From contig CAVANK010000008.1 of NCBI GenBank assembly GCA_963590075.1, forward strand, positions 390 to 64,389: 64,000 bases of DNA. The letters run 5' to 3'. Below the pieces are notes generated by a model, which saw nothing but the letters and a program-made list of their open reading frames with translations, made no database searches and was not told the DNA's origin. Shown here piece by piece: positions 37,818-45,765 of the stretch; the first letter of the stretch is position 1; every line of letters begins with the position of its first letter. The translations under genes and the position numbers were made by a program. The stretch comes from Eshraghiella crossota (GTDB lineage: Bacteria; Bacillota; Clostridia; Christensenellales; CAG-917).

Positions 37818-39227
37818 ATGTTGCTTACAACTATGCTTATCCGCACGCTTTTGTGCAAGCCCAAAGAGATTGACGCCGGTGAATACAAGGCAAGAGAGTT
37901 TGACAAAGACGTCATTGCAAAGCACTTGTCCGAGGCAGTGCAAATCCCCACCGTGTCAATGGTAGGAGAGTTTGAGGGCGTTGACAAGCCGTTCCACGAC
38001 TATCACGCGTGGCTTGAAAAGACCTATCCGCTCATTCACGCAACGGCACAAAAGACGGTCATCAACAATTACAGTCTCGTGTATCGCTTCAAGGGCAAAA
38101 ATCCCGAGTTGTTGCCGGGCGCGTTTCTTGCGCACCAAGACGTAGTTCCCGCACCCAAAGAGGGTTGGGATTACGAGCCGTTCGGCGGTACGATTGACGA
38201 CGGATTTATTTGGGGACGCGGAACGCAAGATATGAAAGGCACGATGATTTCCTTGCTCGAAGCAATGGAAAAACTGCTCTCGGAAGGGTGGCAACCGGAA
38301 AGAGACGTGTATTTCTGCTTCGGTCACGACGAAGAAGCGTGGACGGAAGAAGGTGCGGCGCATATTTGCAAATGGTTTCAAGAGCAAAATATCAAGCTCG
38401 AATACATCATCGACGAGGGTGGTACGATTATCGACGGCAAGATGATAGGTGAGGACAAGTTGTTCGGTCTTATCGCAACGTGCGAAAAGGGCAATATGAA
38501 TATGACTTTGACCGTCGAAAAGGCGGGCGGACACGCTTCCAACCCCAAGAAACCGTCTGCAGCGGCAATTATGGGCAAGGCACTCGTCAAACTCGACAAG
38601 CACCCGATGCCGAGCAAATGGACGCCCGCTACAAAGCAAACGTTCAAACTCATTGCGCCTCACGTGAAATTCCCGTTCAGATTTATCCTCGTAAACAGAG
38701 ATATCTTGAGCCCGTTGCTCAAGTTTGTGTTTAAGAAGATATCTCTCACCAACGCTCTCATATCCACGACGTTTGCGCAAACTATGCTTCACGGAAGCGA
38801 CGCAGAGAACGTCATTCCGCCCAAGGTTACGGCAAATATCAACACTCGTATAATCACGGGCGTTACCAGTGACGAAGTGCTTGCATACACGCAAAAATTG
38901 CTCGGCAAAGACGTAAAAGTGGAAAGACACGGCAAAGGCACGGAAGCAACCGCAGTATCTCCCATCGACGTCAAACCGTGGCACGACCTCAACGTTGCCA
39001 TCAAGCAAATTTTCCCGACGATGGTCACCGCTCCGTATATGTTTATCGCCAACAGCGACAGTCGTTATTATGGTGAAGTGTGCGACAACATCTACCGCTT
39101 CACACCCTTCCTTATGACGCTTGAAGACCAAAAGCGTATACACGCAATCAACGAGCGCGTAAGCATCGACGCAATGGAAAAGGCAACGCAATTCTTTGCA
39201 CAATGCCTCGAAGTTATGAACAAATAA
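37818..39227 (+). CDS. M20/M25/M40 family metallopeptidase
   Basis: 469 aa. AHQDVVPA and GRGTQDMKG motifs, with a HDEE metal/catalytic segment (FGHDEEAW). Confidence 0.8.
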   Translation: MLLTTMLIRTLLCKPKEIDAGEYKAREFDKDVIAKHLSEAVQIPTVSMVGEFEGVDKPFHDYHAWLEKTYPLIHATAQKTVINNYSLVYRFKGKNPELLPGAFLAHQDVVPAPKEGWDYEPFGGTIDDGFIWGRGTQDMKGTMISLLEAMEKLLSEGWQPERDVYFCFGHDEEAWTEEGAAHICKWFQEQNIKLEYIIDEGGTIIDGKMIGEDKLFGLIATCEKGNMNMTLTVEKAGGHASNPKKPSAAAIMGKALVKLDKHPMPSKWTPATKQTFKLIAPHVKFPFRFILVNRDILSPLLKFVFKKISLTNALISTTFAQTMLHGSDAENVIPPKVTANINTRIITGVTSDEVLAYTQKLLGKDVKVERHGKGTEATAVSPIDVKPWHDLNVAIKQIFPTMVTAPYMFIANSDSRYYGEVCDNIYRFTPFLMTLEDQKRIHAINERVSIDAMEKATQFFAQCLEVMNK

Positions 39228-39247
39228 CGCCAAATCAAAAATCTTTT

Positions 39248-39284
39248 CACCGCAAGGCAATCAAATGCGTTGCGGTGTTTTTTT
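39248..39284 (+). terminator. Rho-independent terminator
   Basis: CACCGCAA / TTGCGGTG stem followed by T7. Confidence 0.8.
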
Positions 39285-39400
39285 GCCGTTATCGGCAATA
39301 AAACTGTATTTTATTTACAAAACAACCTATATATATTGCCGATAACGGCAAAAATACGTAGATTAATTTGAAATAAAACTTTACTTTTTGCCGATAAGCG
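39283..39400. promoter_or_regulatory. Three TTGCCGATAAC-type boxes upstream of the HTH-Fic gene (candidate operators)
   Basis: TTGCCGTTATCGGCAA (39283..39298), TTGCCGATAACGGCAA (39336..39351) and the half-site TTGCCGATAAGCG (39388..39400). Centres are about 52-53 bp apart. Confidence 0.45.
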
Positions 39401-39408
39401 TATATAAT

Positions 39409-40308
39409 ATGACTATGAAATATTTATCGGTAAGCGAAATAGCAAAAGAGTGGAATATATCCGAAAGAAGCGTGCGCAACTATTGCAGTACCGGCAAAAT
39501 CGACGGCGTGTTCTTGACGGGCAAGACGTGGAATATACCTTGCGACGCACAAAAACCGAGCAGAGCAAAACGCAAGAGCAAAGCAAGTCGCTCGTTGTCG
39601 GAAGTTTTACGTGCGGAAAAGGCAAACGGCGTTTCGGACGGTATTTATAATAAAATTCAAATCGAATTGACGTACAACTCAAACCATATAGAAGGAAGCG
39701 AGTTGTCTTACGAGCAGACTCGTTATATTTTTGAAACCAACACCGTTACCGCGGATATGGGCAAAAATCTCAACGTCGACGACATAATCGAGACCGCCAA
39801 TCATTTTAAGTGCATAGATATGGTTATCGACAACGCAAATTATAAATTGTCCGAAAACTTTATAAAAACGTTGCACAAGACGCTCAAAAGCGGTACTAGC
39901 GCCGGCAGATTGTCGCGGTTCAACGTGGGCGAGTACAAAAAAATGCCAAACGAGGTCGACGGGAAAGAGACCGTTGCGCTCGATAAAGTTGCGGAAAGAA
40001 TAGAAGCACTTCTTGACGAATACAACGCGCGCAAAACGCCTACGATCGACGACGTTTTGGATTTTCACCAAAGATTTGAGAGCATACAACCTTTCCAAGA
40101 CGGGAACGGAATAGTGGGAAGATTGTTGCTTTTCAAAGAGTGTTTGAGGCTCGATATCGTGCCGTTCATTATAGACGAAGACTTGAAAACGTTCTATTAT
40201 CGCGGACTCGAAGAGTGGGGTAACGATAGAGTGTATTTGAGAGGTACGTGCCTTTGCGCGCAAGATAAGTTCAAAAAGTATCTTGATTATTTCCAAATTG
40301 AATATTAA
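39409..40308 (+). CDS. HTH-Fic family protein with a degenerate Fic active-site motif
   Basis: N-terminal HTH (LSVSEIAKEWNISERSVRNYC). The Fic core reads FHQRFESIQPFQDGNGIVGRLL. The start is uncertain (ATG 39409 or 39415; the track ORF starts at TTG 39388). Confidence 0.75.
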   Translation: MTMKYLSVSEIAKEWNISERSVRNYCSTGKIDGVFLTGKTWNIPCDAQKPSRAKRKSKASRSLSEVLRAEKANGVSDGIYNKIQIELTYNSNHIEGSELSYEQTRYIFETNTVTADMGKNLNVDDIIETANHFKCIDMVIDNANYKLSENFIKTLHKTLKSGTSAGRLSRFNVGEYKKMPNEVDGKETVALDKVAERIEALLDEYNARKTPTIDDVLDFHQRFESIQPFQDGNGIVGRLLLFKECLRLDIVPFIIDEDLKTFYYRGLEEWGNDRVYLRGTCLCAQDKFKKYLDYFQIEY

Positions 40309-40397
40309 ACCGATATAAACAAAATATGAAAAATATTTCATATTCGTTGACGCCAAAATCGGGAAGTGATATATTTTTGGTGAAGGAGGCAGACGAT

Positions 40398-40658
40398 ATG
40401 ATTGAAATCAGTATGAAAGTTGACGGTATGCAGTGCGGTATGTGCGAGTCGCACGTCAACGATGCGGTGAGAAAATCCGCAAACGTCAAAAAAGTTAAGT
40501 CATCGCATGTGGCAAATTCAACGGTAGTTGTGGCTGAGGACGACGTGGACGTAAACGCCATTAAGCAAGGCATTGAAAAAGAAGGCTACGTCGTGTCCGA
40601 CGTCGAGGTGAAATCGTATCAAAAGAAAGGATTTTTTGCGTCGTTGTTCAAAAAATAA
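40398..40658 (+). CDS. Heavy-metal-associated (HMA) domain protein, CopZ-like
   Basis: Start at ATG 40398 after an AAGGAGG RBS. GMQCGMC metal-binding motif at the N-terminus. 86 aa. Confidence 0.75.
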   Translation: MIEISMKVDGMQCGMCESHVNDAVRKSANVKKVKSSHVANSTVVVAEDDVDVNAIKQGIEKEGYVVSDVEVKSYQKKGFFASLFKK

Positions 40659-40679
40659 TAGATAAAGAAGCAAAAAGGC

Positions 40680-40708
40680 AAAACCGCTTGCAAGTCGAGC
40701 GGTTTTTT
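40680..40708 (+). terminator. Rho-independent terminator
   Basis: AAAACCGCT / AGCGGTTTT stem with a T-run. Confidence 0.8.
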
Positions 40709-40783
40709 GACGGAAATTTTCAAATTTTTGCATAAGCGTACCCGACCGCTCATAGAGTATAGCAAACCAAGTTGGAGGAGTTT

Positions 40784-42262
40784 ATGGATAAATTTGACCT
40801 TTATCGAGACATAGCGTCACGAACGGGCGGAGACGTATACGTCGGAGTGGTTGGTCCCGTACGCACGGGTAAATCGACGCTCATCAAACAAGTGATGCAA
40901 CAATTTGTGGTTGACGGAATTGTCAATGCCGACGAACGCAGTCGCGCGATAGACGAAATTCCTCAATCCGCGGACGGAAATACGATTATGACCACGCAAC
41001 CGCGCTTCGTGCCTAACGAGGCGGTCAGAGTGTCGGTGGGTGATAATATTGCCGTCAATATGAGGCTTATAGATTGCGTCGGGTATCTCGTGGACGGAGC
41101 GCTCGGCGCAGAGGAAGACGGCAAGGAACGTATGGTGTCCACGCCGTGGTCGGACGAGGATATGCCGTTTTCAAAGGCAGCGGAAATCGGCACGCAAAAG
41201 GTCATAAAAGAGCATAGCACCATTGCGCTTGCGGTGACGACGGACGGAAGTTTCGGCAATATTCCGCGTGAAGACTATGTCAAAGCGGAAGAAAGAGTGG
41301 TGAGCGAACTTAAAGAGTGTAAAAAACCGTTTGCAATCGTTCTCAACGTTGCGGACGAAAACTCTCAAAGCGCGCAAAAACTCAAAGATGAACTTGCCAA
41401 AAAGTACGACGCACCCGTCGTCGTCAAGAACGCGCTCACTATGAAAGAGAGCGATATCAGCGAGATTTTGGAGACGATTTTGCTTGAATTCAGCGTCAAA
41501 ATCATCGATTTCGATTTGCCTCGTTGGGTGCAAGCGTTGCCTCTCGACAACGACGTCGTAAAGGAACTTATCGAAAGCGTCAGAAGAATGGCGGACGACG
41601 TCGACAAGATGAAAGACTACGACAAAATCGACGGATATTTTGAAAATGCGGACTATTGGCAACAGCCTTTGTCAATCGGCCTAGACGCCGGCAAGGGCAG
41701 AGTGCAAGTGGATATGAAGCCCAAAGACGGCGTGTTCTTTAAGGTTGCAAGCACGGAGTGCGGTATAGATATCGAGGACGATTTCGATTTGCTCACAGAG
41801 CTCAAAGCACTTTGCAAGGGTAGGGACAAAATCCAAAAACTTCAATCGGCAATGGAGCAAGTGGAAACGCTCGGCTACGGCATCGTTATGCCCACTATGG
41901 ACGAGATCGAATTGCAAGAACCTCAAATCTTGCACCAAGGTCAACAATACGGCGTAAAACTCAAAGCAAGCGCACCGTCCTTGCATATAATGAAAGTCAA
42001 CGTCGAAACGGAAGTAAGCCCCATCGTCGGCAGTGAACAACAGAGCAAAGACTTGGTTGACAGTATGCTACTCGATTTTGAAAACGACAAGCAGGCGATT
42101 TGGGACACCAACATCTTCGGACGCTCGCTTTCGACGCTCGTTGCGGACGGCATCAACAACAAGTTGCAGACCGTGCCCACCGATGCGGAACAGAAGTTGC
42201 GCAAGACTCTCGGACGCATCGTCAACGAAGGCAAGGGCGGAGTGATTTGCATCTTGCTGTAA
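40784..42262 (+). CDS. spoIVA: Stage IV sporulation protein A
   Basis: N-terminus MDKFDLYRDIASRTGGDVYVGVVGPVRTGKSTLIK with Walker A. Length about 492 aa. The C-terminal GGVICILL ending is typical of SpoIVA. ATG 40784 follows a GGAGG RBS. Confidence 0.9.
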   Translation: MDKFDLYRDIASRTGGDVYVGVVGPVRTGKSTLIKQVMQQFVVDGIVNADERSRAIDEIPQSADGNTIMTTQPRFVPNEAVRVSVGDNIAVNMRLIDCVGYLVDGALGAEEDGKERMVSTPWSDEDMPFSKAAEIGTQKVIKEHSTIALAVTTDGSFGNIPREDYVKAEERVVSELKECKKPFAIVLNVADENSQSAQKLKDELAKKYDAPVVVKNALTMKESDISEILETILLEFSVKIIDFDLPRWVQALPLDNDVVKELIESVRRMADDVDKMKDYDKIDGYFENADYWQQPLSIGLDAGKGRVQVDMKPKDGVFFKVASTECGIDIEDDFDLLTELKALCKGRDKIQKLQSAMEQVETLGYGIVMPTMDEIELQEPQILHQGQQYGVKLKASAPSLHIMKVNVETEVSPIVGSEQQSKDLVDSMLLDFENDKQAIWDTNIFGRSLSTLVADGINNKLQTVPTDAEQKLRKTLGRIVNEGKGGVICILL

Positions 42263-42311
42263 TGCGCGACAATAACTCGAAAACAAGACTTTAAGTCATC
42301 GTTTGAAAAGA

Positions 42312-42356
42312 ATAAAGTGCGGAAATCGAAATCAATAGGTTTCCGCACTTTATTTT
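42312..42356 (+). terminator. Rho-independent terminator
   Basis: 14-bp stem ATAAAGTGCGGAAA / TTTCCGCACTTTAT followed by TTT. Confidence 0.8.
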
Positions 42357-42482
42357 AGCAAAGACCGTTGCACATATAATGATATATTTTTATCGTGAAC
42401 AATTCACAAGAGCGCATAGTTAAGTCCTTTGGTATTGACAAGATATACTGTTGTGATATAATCGAGTTTAATGGGGGAAAAT

Positions 42483-43547
42483 ATGTCAAACAGAGAAAGA
42501 AAAGAACAAAAATTGCGCGCTAAGTTAAGAAAAAAAGGTCTCTCGAGAAGCGAGATAGAAAAGACCATTCAATCAAAGCGCAAAAAAGCAAAGGTTGCAG
42601 GTATAGTCGTAGGTGTGATAATCGGGGTGTTGGTCATAGCCGTGATTGTTTGTTTTTCCGTTCCGCAAATTCGCAATTCTATATTCAATACCGTTAATAA
42701 CGTTATAGGAAATAAAAATAAAAGCGAAAACGAAATGCGCATAGAACACGTCGAAAAATTAGTTTCGGAAGAAAAAAGCGATACGAATAAAAACGAGCTT
42801 GAAGATTTCATAAAGAATCAAGAGGAATCTAAAGATATAATAATTCCCGATGACGCAACCGAAGAACAAAAGCAAGTTTTAGAAGAAAAAAAGATATATC
42901 TTCAAATCGTCGAAAACGTAAACAGACTGTATAAACAAAAATTCTTCCCCGTTTCGGATAAATATGCAAACAAAGTCGTTTCGACTATGACAGGAATAAA
43001 GAATATATATGAAATCGAGGACGGGTACGTTTTTTATGTAAGTGCAATAAGCAAGTCGGGCAATAGGTATTACAAATCGAATGCTTTTTTGAGAGTTAAA
43101 ATGGCAGAAAAGTTTTCGACTTTTGAAGAATTGAACGATATGTTGAAAAACAAATCTTTCTGCGATTTGTTGTATGTGTTTGACGATTACAGCCGTTGCG
43201 AGGACATAAATAACGAGCTGTTTAGATTGTATACATCTCGATTTGACGATTCGGATTCATACACGTTTGAGCTTTTGGATATGACAACCGAACTACCGAT
43301 TGGCAGCGACTATCCTCCGATGGTTTCGACGCTTTTTGTGAAGGAAAAACATAACGATTATGTATCGTATGTGTTGGGAAATATGGAGTACACGACAGAG
43401 TCTTGTTCAACCAGAACATACGAGGGTTTGCTTGAAAAGCTAAAAGAGAGAACAAAGGGAAAGGCTTTTTCCACAGGTTCTTATTCATTGTCGGACATCG
43501 ATTTGGATTGGGAGGCGTATAAAGCGCAAAATCAAACAATCGTTTGA
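42483..43547 (+). CDS. Hypothetical N-terminally anchored membrane protein
   Basis: Lys/Arg-rich N-terminus, one TM helix (VAGIVVGVIIGVLVIAVIVCFSV) and a roughly 290-aa extracytoplasmic part with no recognised motif. ATG 42483 (GGGGGA RBS) is preferred over ATG 42471. Confidence 0.55.
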   Translation: MSNRERKEQKLRAKLRKKGLSRSEIEKTIQSKRKKAKVAGIVVGVIIGVLVIAVIVCFSVPQIRNSIFNTVNNVIGNKNKSENEMRIEHVEKLVSEEKSDTNKNELEDFIKNQEESKDIIIPDDATEEQKQVLEEKKIYLQIVENVNRLYKQKFFPVSDKYANKVVSTMTGIKNIYEIEDGYVFYVSAISKSGNRYYKSNAFLRVKMAEKFSTFEELNDMLKNKSFCDLLYVFDDYSRCEDINNELFRLYTSRFDDSDSYTFELLDMTTELPIGSDYPPMVSTLFVKEKHNDYVSYVLGNMEYTTESCSTRTYEGLLEKLKERTKGKAFSTGSYSLSDIDLDWEAYKAQNQTIV

Positions 43548-43603
43548 TGCAGGGGAATGTAAGATTGAGGTTTTCAATGCAACTTGAATTTTGAAATTAA
43601 TAA

Positions 43604-43641
43604 AAGGAACTCTACGGTTTAATAGAGTTCCTTATTTTTTT
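43604..43641. terminator. Rho-independent terminator between convergent genes
   Basis: AAGGAACTCTA / TAGAGTTCCTT stem, then a T-run. Confidence 0.8.
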
Positions 43642-43679
43642 GTTTTATTAGATTCAAAGATATAAGAGTATTCTCGTTT

Positions 43680-45089
43680 CTATTCTTCCGCTTCGACTGC
43701 GTCCTCGAGGACTTCTTCGATAGGCGTTTCCTCGTCCGTCAGGCGAGTATAAACGTCCTCGGGAAGCGGCTTTTTCCACTTTACGGTGAAGTAGAAAACG
43801 ACAGATACAATCATACCTACGCCCCAGCCGATAGGCCAAGACCACCAAATTCCGTTTGTGCCGAGCGGCTTGCTGAGAAGAAGCGCAAGCACCACGCGGA
43901 GTATCAAATCGGTAAAGGTGGTTATCATAAATTTTACCATCTTTCCGCCACCGCGCAATACGCCGTCGCATACAATCTTGACTGCCACGATAAAGTAGAA
44001 CGGAGAGACTATACGCAAGAATTGCATACCTACGTCGAGCGCGCCCGTCGTAGAGTCTTTCATAAACAGCATAAGCAGATATTGTCCGCCGAATACGTAC
44101 AAAAGCACGATAGGCAAGCACAACGCCCATACGAATACGAGACCCGAGACAAACCCCGGTTTGATACGTTCGGTTTTGCCTGCGCCGAGATTCTGGCTTG
44201 TGTAGTTGGATATTCCGTTTGCAAACGTCAAGAAGGATGTCGTAACGAGGTTGTTGAGCTTTACGCTTGCCGAGTAGCCCGCCATAACCACTTGCCCGAA
44301 GGAGTTGACGACGCTTTGAATGACGATGTTGCCCACGGAGATGAAACTTTGTTGGAGTATGCTCGGGATTGCGATGACGGAGATGTCTCCGAGCACTTTC
44401 CACGAGAAAACTTTGGGTTTGGCGTCCGCTTTGATTTTGCGGAGTTGCAAAAGCACGAAAATTACGGATAATACGCAACTTACGCCTTGGCAAATGAATG
44501 TTGCCCAAGCAACGCCCGCCACGCCCATCTTGAAGGACACGACAAACCAAATATCCACGCCTATGTTGGCAAGTGAGGATATCGCAAGGAAAATGAAGGG
44601 CGTTCTGCTATCGCCGAGTGCGGCAAATATACCCGTTGAAATGTTGTAGAAGAACACGAACGGCAATCCCCATATGTATATGTCGAGGTACAGTTGTGAG
44701 TCCGCCATAAGATTGTCCGGAGTGTTGATGAGATATAGAAGTTGCTTGGAACAAGTAAGACCTATCACCATCAATATCGCACAAAGCACCGCGCCCGAAA
44801 TCCACGTGGTATATACCGCGGTTTTTAGGTCAGCGTACTTCTTTGCACCGAAATATCTCGATACTATGACGGAACAACCTATGTTGCATCCAAACGCAAA
44901 AGCAATGAAAATCAGTGTAATCTCATAGCTGTTTCCCACGGACGCAAGGGCGGCGTCTCCTATGAATTTGCCGGCTACGAAACTGTCGGCAAGATTGTAG
45001 AGTTGTTGAAAAATAATACTTCCGAAAAGCGGGAGGCAAAATTTGAATATGACGCTTGCAGGCTTTCCTACTGTTAAATCTTTTTGCAT
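43680..45089 (-). CDS. MATE family efflux transporter
   Basis: 469 aa, about 12 TM segments. Typical N-terminus KPASVIFKFCLPLFGSIIFQQLYNLADSFVAGKFIG. Confidence 0.85.
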   Translation of the reverse strand: MQKDLTVGKPASVIFKFCLPLFGSIIFQQLYNLADSFVAGKFIGDAALASVGNSYEITLIFIAFAFGCNIGCSVIVSRYFGAKKYADLKTAVYTTWISGAVLCAILMVIGLTCSKQLLYLINTPDNLMADSQLYLDIYIWGLPFVFFYNISTGIFAALGDSRTPFIFLAISSLANIGVDIWFVVSFKMGVAGVAWATFICQGVSCVLSVIFVLLQLRKIKADAKPKVFSWKVLGDISVIAIPSILQQSFISVGNIVIQSVVNSFGQVVMAGYSASVKLNNLVTTSFLTFANGISNYTSQNLGAGKTERIKPGFVSGLVFVWALCLPIVLLYVFGGQYLLMLFMKDSTTGALDVGMQFLRIVSPFYFIVAVKIVCDGVLRGGGKMVKFMITTFTDLILRVVLALLLSKPLGTNGIWWSWPIGWGVGMIVSVVFYFTVKWKKPLPEDVYTRLTDEETPIEEVLEDAVEAEE

Positions 45090-45444
45090 AATATGCCTCT
45101 AATATTTTTTACGCACCGTATTGTAGTCTTGTGTGTGCGCAATGTCAAATATTATGCGAAAATTGCAATAAACGAGTGTGCGTATTTGTGCGATAATTGC
45201 ATACATTTTGCATATTGTGCGGAAATTTCTATACCAATAAAAACTATATTCAAATATCCCGACGGGACTGTTCTCCGATAAAATAGGGGGCGCGTAGAAC
45301 GTTTGGCTGTTGCATTGTTTTTTATGCTCAACGGATAATATTCAATCGCAATTTTTTCAGCCCTCATATTGACACAGCGTAGAGCGTTTGGTTGGAACAA
45401 TTTATGGAAGTACAATAAATATATTAAAAATATATTAATTTATC

Positions 45445-45473
45445 TTGATAAGAACCGCTAAATATGGTATAGT
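45445..45473 (+). promoter_or_regulatory. Candidate sigma-A promoter (extended -10) of the lipid operon
   Basis: TTGATA, 17 nt, TGgTATAGT. Leaves a leader of about 285 nt before GTG 45766. Confidence 0.5.
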
Positions 45474-45765
45474 TTAAAAGTCATACTATATGTATGCAAA
45501 TTCGAGTAGGGGGACTACTCGCTATTTGCGTTGCAAAAATTCATCGATTCCATTTCGGCAGAAGAATGCTCGCAAACAATCGATCGAATAGAATCGCTTT
45601 ACATATACTGCGACAACTATGCGAGAAACGTTCCGTAGCGACATCTCGTATGGGATGCGACTTTTTGTTTGTCGCGACGCTTTTTTATGGTCGCTTTATC
45701 AAAAACGCGTCCCCGATTTCAACGCATAGAAGTGCCGAAGCATTATATCGTATTGGAGAGTAATT

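Noticed and set aside
43654-44550. 298-aa Arg-rich ORF in another minus-strand frame, overlapping the MATE gene
   Set aside because: It is an alternative frame of a clear 12-TM MATE transporter gene. The product is extremely Arg-rich and implausible.
45494-45763. 89-aa ORF in the leader of the lipid operon
   Set aside because: It has no RBS and a composition unlike the neighbouring genes. The region is better explained as a structured 5' leader.
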